A stretch of DNA of 64,000 nt from Chiloscyllium plagiosum (Eukaryota): positions 35,300,771 to 35,364,770 of the forward strand of contig NC_057720.1 of NCBI RefSeq assembly GCF_004010195.1, in the 5' to 3' direction. Positions 37,897 through 51,369 of this stretch are shown here, in pieces. Position 1 is the first letter of the stretch. Every line of letters begins with the position of its first letter. A model generated the notes under the pieces. The model was given only the letters and a program-made list of their open reading frames with translations, searched no databases and was not told the DNA's origin. Both the position numbers and the translations under genes were made by a program.

Positions 37897-37995
37897 TATT
37901 CCTGATGAGGGGCTTTTGCCCGAAACGTCGATTTTACTGCTCTTTAGATGCTGCCTGAACTGCTGTGCTTTTCCAGCACCTCCCTAATCTAGACT
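37897..37995 (+). mobile_element. Family-A hammerhead mini-element (99 bp) with 14-bp TSD
   Basis: TSD CTACCTTCTCCCTG at 37883-37896 and 37996-38009. Confidence 0.92.
37898..37933 (+). ncRNA. Minimal type-I hammerhead ribozyme, intact core
   Basis: CTGATGA (37902-37908) G GGGC-TTTT-GCCC GAAA C GTC; palindromic ACGT stem III, GUC cleavage triplet; stem I short. Confidence 0.75.
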
Positions 37996-39199
37996 CTACC
38001 TTCTCCCTGATCATTCTCTTATTCCTCACATATGAGTAAAATGCCTTTGGGTTCACCTTAATCTTCTTGCCAAGCCTTTTTTGTGCCCCCTCCTGGTTCT
38101 CCTCAGTCCATTTCTGAGCTCCTTTCTAGCAAGCCTGTAATCCTCTAAAACTGTACTAGATCCTTGCTTCCTCCATCTTACGTAAGTTGCCTTCTTTTTA
38201 ACGAGAAGCTCCTCTGTTCTCATCATCCAAGGTTCCTTAATCTTACCCCTTCTTACCTATTTCAGAGGAACAAATTTGTGCATCACTCGCAACAACTGCT
38301 CCTTAAATAGTCTCCACATGTCTGCTGTGCCCTTTCTGTGGAACAATTGCTCCTAGTCTGTACTTCCTAACTCCTGTGTGATAGCATCATAACTTGCTTT
38401 TCCCCAATTAAATATCTTCCTTTGGTAACTGCTCCTTTCCCTCTGCAAGTCTATGGTAAACGTGAGGCAGTAGTGATCACTGTCACCAAAGTGCTCTTCC
38501 ACCGTGAGATCTGACACCTGTCCTGGCTCATTGCCGAGCATCAAATCCAAAACAGCCTCTCGTCGACCTGAGTAAGGAAATCCTCCTGAACACCATCCAA
38601 ACCATTTGCACTAAGGAAATTCCAATTGGGAAAGATCAAATCACCCATAACAACATCTGCATTTTTCCAAACTCTGCGAGCCTATGCGTTCTTCAACCTC
38701 TCTACTGCTATTTGGGGGGTCTGTAGAAAATCCCCAAAGAGGTGGCTGTTCCCTTGCTGTTCCTAGCTTCCACCCATACTGACTCAGTAGATCAACCTTC
38801 CTCAATAACCTTGGTTCCTGTAGCCGTGATGCACTCTCTGATTAGCAAAGCTACACCCCCTCCTCTTTTTCCACCGTCCCTGTTCTTTTTAACCATTCTA
38901 AATCCTGAAATATCTAGCAACCATTCCTGCCCCTGTGAAACCCAAGTCTCCATTATAACCACAACATCATAGCCCCAAGTACTGATCCGTACTCTAAGTT
39001 TGTCACTCTTATTTCTGACACTCCTTGCATTAAAGAAGACACACTTTAACTGATCCCTTTGTTTCATTGAGTGAGAAACCTTCCCTATAGATTCACTACA
39101 TCCTGTCACTGCCCCATCTGCAACTGCGCCTCTTAGATATGTAGCTCTGATTCCCATCCCCTACCAAACTAGTTTAAACCCTCCTGAACCACAGTTTCT

Positions 39200-40225
39200 G
39201 ATTCTGTTCTGCATTCAGATAATGCCCCTATATTAGCATTTTAACAATTGTCTACTGGAGGATAAATAGTTCCAGGACTCATTCTGTCACTGTTGGCTGA
39301 CTAGAGATCAGGGAGACTTCTTCTCCATTGAGGCTATGGTAGGATGTGGACAAGACTCTGCCTGTGTCTTCGGTCTGTAATAAGCAAACGGGTTGGTGAT
39401 GATGCAGAGATGCAGGATCAAAAATTTGGGGAGGGAGGTCTTGACATCTCAGGCAAGCTGCTGAGGATCTGAACGTGTGGGAAGCTTATACAGAGTGTTC
39501 TGAGGGACCTGCATGGACTATCATGAGTTTGATTCTTGAAAAATCTGGACCAAAGCACTCTCTTCTGCTACTTGCTGGAAAAACCGTCTAGGGTTCATCA
39601 GCATCCCCTTACACTGCTGACCAACAACAGATCCCTGGTTGCAGATCTGAAGAGTATGAGGACCAAACCTGAGCCTATTACTCTGCTCTGGATCCAATCA
39701 GTGTGTTGCTTACAGAGCTTTGTGTGAGAATCTAACACAGGTTGGCCCAGAGGTGTCAGAAACCAGAAAACTCCAGTTAGTCCAGAGGAGCTGGCTGATC
39801 CCCTGGGCCAATTGTCTAAGGGAAATCTGTGGGGCTGGACCAACTGAACAAGGAGATCTTTCTGAGATATCCTGGAGAATGACCATGTGCCAGTCCTGGA
39901 GGAATTGTTAGTGACGGGGGAGATTATCCTCTCAGGGGGCAGGGCTGCCAAAGAGAGGTTACCTCACTCCCTCAAAATCAGGCACATTGTCCTCAGCACA
40001 GACAATAAAACCTTCACCAGGATAATGGCTTCATGCCTCAGCACCTCGCTGGTGCACATGAACCATCCCAAACAGTCCTTTACCTGAGCCTGGGCCAGAC
40101 CCAATATGATGACATTGATCTGGAGCAAGAGTTACTCCATTTTTCTCAGGATGACTCAGCTATCACCTGCCTTCTGTCCCTTGACCAGGTGAAGGCATTC
40201 AACAAGATAGACTCCGAATATTTGA
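39200..40225 (+). mobile_element. Tx1-clade LINE ORF2 fragment (probable continuation at ~45010-45310)
   Basis: LSTDNKTFTRIMA...HPKQS and LLSLDQVKAFNKIDSEYL; later HPVLRGADKLEDFLTGQLLGRAKVA. Confidence 0.6.
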
Positions 40226-42643
40226 GAGAACTGAGAGACTGGTTGCGTGCCCTGTGTCACAGAGACTTGGCTTACCCCTGAATTTTTAACTGCGCCCTAC
40301 ATGGGTTCTCCACACATCGCATGGACTTACGTTGTCCTTGGACAAGGCGAACGGTTGAGGGATATACTTCCTGATCAACACTTTCTGATGCTCAGACACA
40401 GCAACCCTGGCAAGCCATTGGTCCCCAGACCTAGAATACTTTACAATAAAATGTTTTACCTATTCCCTGCTGCATGAGTTCACCTCCACCATCCTGACAG
40501 TAGACTACATACCACCCCATGCAGATGAGAAGAATAGCCTAGACGTGATTTTCACCACCATAAACACTCTGGAGATGAAATTCCCGGAGGTCCTATTCAT
40601 TGTGGCTGGCGACTTCAACCAAGTCAATCTTAAGAGGGTGCTGCCAAAGTAGCACAAACACATCTCCTGCCCCAGTAGAGGACCGAACATCCTGGGCCAC
40701 CAAAGAAGCCTACAACTCCACCCCGCCCACACTTTGGAAAATCAGATCACAGTGCTGGGTTCCTCCTCCCATTTTACAAGCAGAAGCTGAAACGTGAGGA
40801 TCCTTCACAAAAGGAAGTATGATGCTGGTCTGAGGCAGCGGAAGACCATCTCTGGGACTACTTGGAATCAGTGGATTGGCCCATGTTTAAGTCTCCAGTG
40901 GAAAATCTAGATGAGTATGTCACCGCCATCATGGACTTCATTAGCAAATGCGAGGAGGACTGTGTACCAAAGAATTCAATCTGACTGTTCCCCAATCATT
41001 AGCCTTGGATGAACCAGGAAATCCACTCCTTACTGAAGACCAGTCAAGTCAAGCTACCCAAACCAATACAGGAAACACAGATATGACCACCACAAAACCA
41101 TCAGGGATGCCAAGTGGTAGTACCAGACCAAGTTAGAGGCCCAAACCTACCAAACAAACCCATGCCACCTTGGCAATGCCTCAACAACATTAGGGGATAC
41201 AAAATGAAACAGAACAAGGTAGCAGATAAAGACACATCCCTCCCTGACGCATTCAATGCTTTCTATACTCAGTCATGGTGTCACCTGCCCAGACAGTCCC
41301 AGACACACCTGCTCCCTTGGTCACTGCTGCAGACGTCAGATTGGTCTTCCTGGGAGTCAACCCAAGCAAAGTGATGGGTCCGGATGGAGTCCTGAGCCAA
41401 GCACTCAGATCTTGTGCAGACCAACTGCCATAGCTATTCACTATTATCTTCAACCTCTCCATCCTACAAGCCAAAGTCCCACCTGCTTCAAGTAGACGAC
41501 CGTTATCTCCGTACCTAAGAAAGCACATGCAATGTGCCTTAATGTCTACCGTCCAGTGGCTCTGACCTCCATAATAATGAAGTACTTCAAGAGGCTGGTC
41601 ATGGCCCACATCAACTCCAGTCTCCCAGCCTGCCTCAATCCCCTACAATTTGCCTACAGACAGATCAGGTCCATAGCAAATGCCATATCCTAGCCCTACA
41701 CTCATCCCTGGAACATCTGGACAACAAGGACACCTACATCAGGCACCCGCTCATTGACTACAACTTCACCTTCAACACCATTAACCCATCCAGACTTGAT
41801 CTGAAAACTCCGAGACCTGGGTCTCAGCTCCGCCCTCTGCAACTGGCTCCTCAGCTTTCTGACCCATCAACCTTAATCAGTGAAGATGGGCAACTGCACC
41901 TCCTCCATGATAATCTGGAGGCCCCCACCCAAGGAAGAATTCTCAGCCCCCTACAGTACTTCCTGTACATCCACAGCTGTATTGCCAAATTCCGAATGAA
42001 CTCCATCTACAAGTTTGCTGGTGACACCACCGTGGTAGAATGCATATCAAACAGCAACAAGTCAGAATACAGAAAGGAAATAGAGAGTTTGGTGACATGG
42101 TGAAATGAGAACAACCTCGCTTTCAGTGTTGGCAAAACAAAAGAACTGGTCATTGACTTTGGAAAGAAAGGAGGAGAACATGCCTCTATTTACAGTAACG
42201 GAGTTGAGGTGGAGAGGGTGGAGAGTGTCAAGTTCCTCGGAGTGACAATAACCGACAACCTGTCCTGGACTTGCCACACAGATGCAACTGTCAAGAAGAC
42301 ACAAAAATGCCTCTTCTTCCACAGGCAGCTCAGGAAATTTGGCACATCTATAAGGAGCCTCACCAACTTTGACAGATGCACCATTGAAAGCATACTGTCC
42401 GGGTGCATAACAGCCTGGTACAGCAACTGTTCTTCCCAGGACCATAAGAAGCTACCGAAAGCCGTGTGCACTGCCGAGGCCATCACGGGAGCCAACCTCC
42501 CATCCATGGACTCCATTTACATGGCTCATTGCCAGCATCATCAAAAACCAATCCCACCCCAGTAATGTTCTTCTACAACCTCTTCCGTCAGGCAGAAGAT
42601 ACAGAAGCTTGAACACACACACACACCAAAGGGTTCAAGAACC
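40226..42643 (+). mobile_element. Rex1/Babar-clade LINE ORF2, decayed
   Basis: [80 protein letters not shown]. Confidence 0.85.
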
Positions 42644-44150
42644 TTAAGAACGTAAGGCATAGGAACAGGAATTAGGCCATTCAGCCCATTAAGTCTGCTC
42701 AGCCATTCAATCATGGCCGCTAAGTTTCTCAACCCCATAACCCTTGATCCCCTTGTTCTCAAGAACCTATCTATCCCAGTCTTAAATGTACTCAATGACC
42801 TGGACCCCACAGCCTTCTCTGGCAATGAATTCCACAGATTCACCACTCTCTGGCTGAAGTATTTTCTCCTTATCTCTGTTCTAAAAGGTCTTCCCTTTAC
42901 TTTAAAGCTATGCCCTCCGGTTCTAGTCTCTCCTACCAATGGAAACATGGTCCCAACATTTATTCTGTCCAGGTCATTCAGTGTTCTGTATGTTTCAAAT
43001 GGATCCCCTCTCATCGTTCTAAACTCCATCGAGTATAAATTCAGAGTCCTCAAACGTACCTCATATGTTAAGGTTTTCATTCCTGGGACCATTCTTGTGA
43101 ACCTCCTCTGAATGCGTTCCAGGGCCAGGACATCCTTCCTGAGATAGGGGGACCAAAACTGCACAACATTCTCCAAATGTGTCTGACATGAGCCTTATAG
43201 AGCCTCAGAAGTACAGCCTTGCTTTTATATTCAAGTCCTCTCAAAATAAATGCCATCATTGCATTTGCCTTCCTAACTACTGACTCAGCCTGCAAGTCGA
43301 CCTTGAGAGAATCATGGACTAGAACTCCCAGTCTCTTTGCACTTCAGAGTTCTGAATTTTCTCCCAATTTAGAAAATAGACCATGCCTCTAATCTCCCTA
43401 CCAAAGTGCATGACCTCACACTTTCCCACATTGTACTCCATCTGCCACTTCTTTGCCCACCCTCCTAACCTGTCCAAATCCTTCTGCAGCCTCCCGCCTC
43501 CTCAATGCTACCTATCCCTCTACCTACCTTCGTATCATCTGCAAACTTAGCCAGAATGCCTTCAGTTCCCTCTTACTCAATAGCCTCCTGATCGGCACCT
43601 AGTCAAAGGCCTTCTTGAAGTCTGGGTAGATAACATCCATTGGCTCTCCTTGATCTGCCCTGCTCATTATTTCCTCAAATAATTCTAGCAGATTTGCCAG
43701 GCATGACCTCCCCTTGATGAAACCATGCTGACTTTGCCCTATTTTACCATATACTTTCAAGTATGCAGAAATCTCATCCCTCACAATGGATTCCAGGATC
43801 TTACCCATGACCAAGGTTAGATTAATCAGTCTGTAATTTTCCATCTTCTGCCTTGCTCCCTTTTTAAACACGGGTGTTATGTTAGTGATTTTCCAGTCCT
43901 CTGGGACCATCCCTGATCCTAGCAATTCCTGAAATATCACCACTAACGCCTCCGCTATCTCTTTAGCTATCTCCCTTAGAACTCTAGGGTGTAGTCCATC
44001 TGATCCAGGTGATTTATCCACCTTCAAGCCATTCAGTTTTTCTAGCACCTTCTCCTTGGTGATGGCCACCAAACTCAGCTCTGCCCCTTCACTCTCTTGA
44101 ACTTTTGGGATATTACTTGTGTCTTCCACCATGAAGACTGATGCAAAGTT
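42644..44150 (-). mobile_element. CR1 ORF2 3' half with internal deletion
   Basis: ORFs 43599(-) KSPGSDGLHPRVLRE...QHGFIKGRSCL...DFKKAFD and 42541(-) LERIQRRFTRM...QRVVNLWNSLP. Confidence 0.92.
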
Positions 44151-47100
44151 ATTAGGTGACAGGTATCGGTGTTCCTTAGCACTCAGGTGGTGACTTTCCA
44201 CCTTCCGACCCCGCAGAGATACATCTACACTGAGCTCCCTCTTGATGTTGTGACTTGGTAACATACGGAGCTTCCACCAGGTGCACGACTTCAAATATGG
44301 TATGTGACTTCTTTCGTGGATCACTCTTGGTTTTGGAACTCTTTCCGGGACTTGCCTGACATTTACCAGGACCTGATCAAGGTCACCTCATGCCAGAGCT
44401 CGTCACTTATAGGGGTAGTGGTACCATTAGGAAGCTCCTGCTCAGGAATCTGAACCTCGGCCTGTACAAGATGAAGATGGCCGGCAGAAAGAGTTTGGGT
44501 CGATGGATCAACAAAACATGGAGTATGCTGCATAGTGGAGAAATGAGCTGAACTTCCTAGGTTCATGACTGCTAATGTTCAGGAACAGCTAAAGTGTGAG
44601 AACAGAGGCACCCAGACTCAACGGGGACATGTGGTGTCAAACTAGTTCAAGCTTGTGGGGATTGGTATCTGGACAAAATTTCACATTGGCCCTGTGCTCT
44701 GAAATCTTCTTCGTGGACACACGTTCCACCGTGAGAGCCATCTTGAGGACATTCCCTCTGTTTCTTTCTGTTTGGCACAGAGGAATTTTCTGTAAAGACT
44801 GCTGCTGCCAGCTCTTCACCTCCTCATCTTCATCCACTGTCTGGACATGCCCTGAGGATACATTCTGCTGTCCAGCAATAGCAGGGCTCCCCCAGTGGAG
44901 GACAATTCATGCAGGAATCCTCTGTTTTCCACTGGGGACCTAGGGCAGAATATTCTGTATGTAACAGTCCCATACAGCCTTAGGTAAAGTAGGTCCATGG
45001 ACACCCAGGCTATTTGTAATTTTTGTAGCCTCGAAGTGTCTATGGACCTATAGATTGATAAAGAATTTAACCCCTCTTTAATTATTTCAAGACGCTGTTT
45101 CTAAATGTCCGTGCTCCTGATCTCTGAGCACCCAGTGCTGAGAGGGGCAGACAAACTGGAGGACTTCCTCACAGGTCAGCTCCTTGGTCGGGCCAAAGTG
45201 GCAATGATCAGGTCAGGCAATGAGCTGTTAAAGGGACCCACAGTGATTCTGAGGATATTGCTGTCCTCTTTCAGGAAGGCAACATTCAACTCTCAGAAAG
45301 ACGATGTAATGCTGGTATTAAATCAGTGTATCATGCTGCTTCACATCATGATCTGCATTTGTTCCTGCATATGTCCTACTAATGCTCATACTCTCGCGAA
45401 CATGGTCGGAACCGTTACCGCACACATGTTCTGGACACCACTTTAGATGCCTAAGGGGATTCATTTAAATCCACAGCACAATTTTTTAGATGCAGTTCTG
45501 TGCTTCGAGTGTCTGGCAGGAGGTTAAACTGTATCAAGGATATTTTGTACATTGTAAGCAAGACATCTGAAGAAGAAATTAATTTATCTCAGGAGATCAA
45601 TGGAGTTGATGACTTCCACTTAAGTGAGACACATCTACATGTCACCACTAATAGCAGCTTCAGTTTTTTAAGTGCATGTCATTCCAGTGGTACTTTCTCA
45701 ACATTTCCCAAAGAAAACAGTTAAGTCATGAGGGATTTCTTTATGAAGAAAGTTATTAAAAGTTATTGAACACCATGGTAAGACTTACCGTAAAGCTACA
45801 CATTTCCAAAGGATGTGGATATAATTGATTGTGGGCTACATTTTATCTGACATAAAAGGAAAAAATCCAGCTACCTGTTATATTAACATGTGATGTAGTG
45901 ATACACACATTACATTCAGAATGATAAATCTCAGGATTATTTTTAATCAGAGTTGGGATTATTAAAAAAATGTTTAAGGCTATACAATTAAAATCAGCAG
46001 TTTAAAGAGGAGTCAGGAGGGTGATGGAGTACTCTCCACTTGCCTGGTTGAGTGCTGCTCTAACAATACCCAAAAGGTTCAATATGATGCAGGACAACGC
46101 AGCCCACTCCGTTAGTACCCAATGCATCACTTTTAGCATTTATTCCCACCACGACTGAAGCACAATGGCAACAGTGCATACTATCTACAAGATACACTGC
46201 AATAACTCAGCAAGGCTCTTTAAGCAGCACCTTGCAACCCTGTGATCTCTACCATCTATGAGACAGCAGGTATATGGGAACACCACGATCTGCCAGAGGC
46301 TGGTCCAATCACTGGCACTCCCCTCCAGTGAATGAATAAAAGAAACAAAAACCTACATGTCCTGGATGAGTCCTCTAAACAGCACTCTGAGACAAGTACT
46401 AGTGAAGCCCAATTGCACAAAATAATCTGAAAAATACATTGGACCCTTTTAATTTATTATTTAACATATTTTCAGCATATTTCCATAACACATGTAAAAA
46501 CACCTGCTCTAGCATGGCAACATATGACACATCCTGCCTGAGGCATGCTTGTGCTCTGCCTTGTATTTGCTGCTTAGGCAACAAGAAGATTCTAGGTCTT
46601 GTTTAAAATATAATCGCTGCAATAGAGATTAAAGCTTTCATATTTATTCATTACAGCTTATTCCTTGTGTATTCACATAGCCTTTATCTTAATCCATGAT
46701 GTAATAATTGCTTCATTATATTTGTTTTATTAGGTTGACCATTGCAGGATAATGACAGAAACAGGAGACTGAGACAAGAGATTCCAATCAATGAAACAGT
46801 TAACCTTGAGGACGGTCAGTCAGACTGCAACTGTTTCTGGGTGATGTGTTGAACACGGTCTTTGATCGTTTCCAAAGTTCTTCAGCTGTGGGTTCATACA
46901 GATCACTGTCAATAGGTGCTTTCAATTCAATTGATAAATGTTGGTGTGACTGTTGGTGGCACACTCTGATTGTCCAGCCAGTGGGGACTAATGAATCTTG
47001 AATCTGCCCCTTTGGCCTGTGCAGGATTTGGCATTGATGACTCTCACTCTCAGGCTCTGACCCGAAAAGCACGGCTGCTGGTGCATACATTGGCTATTAA

Positions 47101-47292
47101 TCTTTGCAACACTATCTGTCCTCTCATGACCAGCTACAACCTGTTATTAATGTCTCAGTCATGTCTACATCACATCCTGGCATCATAAATAGTATGTTAG
47201 GTCAGCGAGGTGTACAGGCACGCTGGCTCCATGTGTAGTTATGTTGCTGAAAAGTTCACGGAAGAATAGTTTCCAGACCCTTTTTAAATTGT

Positions 47293-47545
47293 AGGAGGGA
47301 AAGGTACAAATACATTACAATATCTCAGAGGGAGGAAAAGATAAAAATATATACTGATACAACAGAGGAAGGAAAGGTACAAATATATTACAATACAGCA
47401 AGGGTAAAGTAACACATACAAGTATATTTGCAGAGGGAAGGAAAGGTGCAAATATATTATAATACACCAGAGGGATGGAAAGCTGCAAATATGCTAGGAT
47501 ACACCAGAGGGTGGGTAAGGTACAAATATATTACAATACTCAAGA
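47293..47545. repeat. Degenerate ~30-34 bp minisatellite
   Basis: Repeated unit approximately AGAGGGAAGGAAAGGTACAAATATATTACAATAC, about 7 copies. Confidence 0.8.
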
Positions 47546-48018
47546 TATCATTCAGACATTCAGCTGATGTGTCGACACTAAACTGCTTGTGGATATTTGG
47601 TAACTCCAGTAAATTGTCGTTGCAAGATCCTAAAAGCCTGTAAATTATTACTCAACTAGCCCTGGGCCTTCAAATGATACAGCTTTCCAAAATGTAATCA
47701 TTCTGGTAGTGATGCTTTGTACTATCCCCCCTGCAATACAAATGAGATATGTGGATTCTGTTTACTTGATGATGTTTGTGGGTTTATTTACAGTTAAAAC
47801 TAATTCTTACAGTACAGAGCAATCTCTAGACATACCCTTGGCCTAGGGTGTTGCAACATTTCGCGACTGTGGCCTCTGGTCACATGATGATGTGCTGACC
47901 CTTGTCTCATCTGCGTATTAAGCTCTGAAAGCAACATCTCTCTTCAAGCAATAATAAAATCCTGCTATTTCCAAAAACAAGACCTGTATGCTAAAAGTGA
48001 AAGCATATAAACATTGGG

Positions 48019-48199
48019 GAGAAAGTGAGGTCTGCAGATGCTGGAGATCAGAGCTGGAAATGTGTTGCTGGAAAAGCGCAGCAGGTCAAGCAGCATCCAG
48101 GGAACAGGAGAATCGACGTTTCGGGCATAAGCCCTTCTTAAGGGCTCCTGTTCCCTGGATGCTGCCTGACCTGCTGCGCTTTTCCAGCAACACATTTCC
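48019..48199 (-). mobile_element. Family-A mini-element with fold-back structure and 17-bp TSD
   Basis: TSD AGCATATAAACATTGGG at 48002-48018 and 48200-48216; 58-bp inverted repeat 48053-48110 / 48145-48202 with one mismatch. Confidence 0.92.
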
Positions 48200-48825
48200 A
48201 GCATATAAACATTGGGTAAAGGTAAAATTATTTATAATGGGATAAGGATTATAAAAGTTTTAAGTACAAAGACAAGGTTAACAAAAATTATGAATACGGA
48301 AGTCTTAGAGTCAGTGTACTGTTTTGATTATTTGACAATCCATCCAGATCTTCTGAAGATGTGGATTTTTCCCTTAGCATCTCTTGATTTGCAGACATGT
48401 GAATGATGTGTTGATTGTTGGCCTGGTGTTCCCTCGCACTGCCATTATCTGGTTGTGTGTTTTTGTTTCCACTGTCTACAATTGGCGTATTGTATATTTT
48501 CCTTAGCTGGATTGTGTTTCTCCTCAATGTTTTTCCTTGCTGTGTTTTGGATTTCACATGGTCATTCCTTATTTTGGCAACAAGTCCCTGAGAGCTTTGC
48601 CTCTATACTACAAAGATTATTTCTTCAGGTGGACTGAACAGACTTAATACAGCATTCAATATTTGCTTTGCATGCACTTGAAGTGTTCCTTACTGTCTAA
48701 CAATGGGAAATTTGGAAAAATAATCAATTACTGAGATAACTTCATCCCCATTGCATTCCCTTGATATTTTTTGCTGTTAAACATGAGCTACTGACATCAG
48801 TGGGTGAAGGTCTTAATCCAGTAAT

Positions 48826-48960
48826 AAAACAAAAAACTGTAGCTGCTGGAAATCTGGAATTAAAACAAAAATTGCTGGCAAAACTTAGCAGGTCCAGCAG
48901 CATCTGTGGGATGAAGAAGGTGTTAACGGTTTGAGTTTAGTGACTTTAAATCAGATTCTT
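48826..48960 (-). mobile_element. Older PLE-derived short element related to family A (similar piece at ~56340-56420)
   Basis: TGCTGGAAATCTGG...TTGCTGGCAAAACTTAGCAGGTCCAGCAGCATCTGTGG...GTTAACGGTTTGAG resembles the family-A body; ribozyme core decayed. Confidence 0.5.
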
Positions 48961-51369
48961 CTTAAGATTTCAATCATAACTCTTCCTCGTTTCTACCCAT
49001 TACCATAGTATCATCAGCACTGTGTACACACCAAGCTTCACTACCTGTAACTCAGTCCATATGCTGCTGGATCAAATCCCGACTGACAGAGAAACAACTG
49101 TTAAAATCTGAAAACAATATCTTCCGATTAATGTTTAGAAAGCAACAACAGCCTGAGATTTCTTAGCTAAATGTATCAAACAAAATCCATGTTGACTTGG
49201 AGAAGAACTTAAATCCTGTGAACTTGAATTCAATTCTCTCGTGTTAGAATTTTGTGCCAGTACCATTTTAAGGAGAGATTTAAATGTCTCAGATCCAGCC
49301 ATAGCCTGATTACACCATCCTTTTTGGTTCATTTATCCAATGCTGAACTACTTGGTCAATGGAGCTTCACGCTTCTTTTAAAAAGTTTGAACTCAGACGA
49401 GAGATCCATAAACTTCCATTTCATGCTGTAGGATTTGGTATCTCTTCTTCTGCTGTTCTTTTGTCTTTTGAAGTGCTTTAGACATGCAGGTATTTGCAGT
49501 AATGTCATTACCAGCTGTATTGGGACACTATGTCAGTGTCTTCAGCAATGTATTTGCTAATCTTTCTACTTTTACCTTTGTCTTGTTTTGTCCAGCTTTG
49601 TTTAAATTGTCATGCACTTTTTCTCTGTCCTGCATGGAGATGGTGCCAGATAGCCCTCAAAACTTCCAATATCATTATCCTGATTCAACTGGCTATCTGC
49701 ACAATCCCCTCCAGCTTGGAGGTATTCACTGTTTGTAAAGGAACCATATTTTCTTCTGCTTTCTCAACTATAGGAACTTTTGGATTGCTCAATTGCTGTT
49801 TCTCCCTCAAATCAAATCTGTATCATTGTATTCTCTGTTCTTATTTTTAAATCACTGCCGTATGTTATTCCTTGTGTTATCTATATGTAATGCAAATTAG
49901 ATACAGGATTCCACTTACTTGAAGGTCTTTTGTGGGTTTAGTTATGGCTAAAACTACGACATACAGCACAAAGCAACCTCTTGGCACATCCTCAGCCTAG
50001 GGTGCTGCAATGCAAATTGACTGTTCCCTGTGGTCATCTGATGATATCCTTGTCCTTGGCCTACCTGCATATTCAGATCTTAAAGCAACACTGTACTCAA
50101 AGTGATAATACACCAATTCTTACCTTAGCAAATATATCACATGACAGGAATCATCTTAACCACTGTGCAGCAAATATAGTGACAATATGGTGGTACAATT
50201 TCAACTTGCTGCCCAGCCATGAAACTAAGGATATGGGCTAGTTGCCTGATACGGAAATCCTTTGTGTTTTATTCCTGTTAAAGTCACTGGATGTGATAAT
50301 TGAATGTCTTTTTCTAAATTAATGCCGGGTGATGTAGGAGGTTATTGAGGTAATGCAAGTAATGTACAAAGACCCTGTTAACAGAAATCCCCATCCTCTT
50401 ACACTGATTTTCAACATTTGCGCTTCCAGAGCCAATAGCATTATAAGATTGGGGTGTCCAACCACGGTCTCATTCCTTTTCTTGCGCACAGAGGGATGGG
50501 GAGAGGTGATGAGTACATCCTAAAATGGAGAACATGTAAACATGTGGAGTATCAGATGCACAGAAGAAGTTCAGAAATCAGCATTGGAAGGGAAATAATT
50601 GCATTGAATGTAGGTGCTTGGAATAGGAAGAGGAAAGAGCGGTGACAGAATGTGACTGAGTAAAGCTGAGCAAACTTGAAAAGAATGGTTCAGTTACTCT
50701 GGTAGAGAGAAGGGAAGAGTTAATTATATATTTGTAACAAGAGTGTGATATGGTACAGTGTGATCTTATGCTGGGTGGTGAAGAGTTTGATAAAGGAAAG
50801 AGAATTGTTAAGAGGGATGGACAAAGGGTTAAAACACAATGTGTGCACTGCTGAGAGGTTGGAGAAACAAGGAGCTGTAATTAACCGAGCACCTTTTGAG
50901 AATACATTGAAACATTTTGTGCAAAGGATCCTTGTTCTGGAATGATAATACTGAAACTGGCAATCTGTTCAATGTCCCCCATGCCTGAAGGACATGTTTC
51001 GTTCTCTGCTTACTGATTAGAAAAATAGTTTCCTTCCATTCCCTGGCCACTTCCAGCTGTAGTTTGAAAGGACTTCTGCAAGCATGGGGAATTGTTCCCT
51101 TGACATCTCTGCTGTTCCCTACCTCACACAGCAAACCTTATCCATGAATCAGAAGGCTTTGAAGTGCATTGCTATTGTAAATAAGCCTCTGGACAAACAT
51201 TAAAAATTGTATTCCCTGAAGTGTCAACACATTTGAAAATCCAATGGTAAACCCAACTGAGGCACCCAGGAATTATGAAAGTCTAGGTGTGAGTGAGTAT
51301 CAAACTGACTCCATCCACCCATCTACCCCAAATATGCCTGTAGTTCAACATGGGGTCTGGATATAGGGA

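Larger units (their letters stand above)
36032..39190 (-). mobile_element. Near-complete CR1 ORF2 (APE + RT + 3' end) with stops/frameshifts and two nested mini-elements
   Basis: ORFs 38792 (FNARSVRNK...METW), 38353 (HFGDSDH), 37446 (KSPGPDQIYPRLL), 36897 (YMDFSKTFNKVPH, GVPQGSVLGP, KFADDTK), 36135 (RGDLIEVYKIM). Confidence 0.95.
47695..50090 (-). mobile_element. Ancient, heavily deleted Gypsy element with both LTRs (~49850-50090 and ~47695-47936)
   Basis: 49978-50090 and 47824-47936 align without gaps (80/113 by hand count); both begin TGTTGCTTT on the minus strand; purine tract GAAGAGAGA precedes the 3' copy. Between them: RT (GFCLIHL...GRYCF, ADDTMVMGRNEEE at ~49000) and integrase (VIDYFSKFPIV at ~48700-48731). 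Confidence 0.75.

Noticed and set aside
46800..47090. 96-aa minus-strand ORF
   Set aside because: No recognisable family and weak splice signals; left unassigned.
47293..47545. CRISPR-like array
   Set aside because: Degenerate tandem units without unique spacers; eukaryotic minisatellite, no cas genes.
47836..47924. Exon-like segment (AG...AGG|GTATGT) or box C/D snoRNA (TGATGA) in the duplicated block
   Set aside because: Lies within the Gypsy LTR; the donor and a D box are not kept in the second copy, and substitutions show no clear third-position bias.
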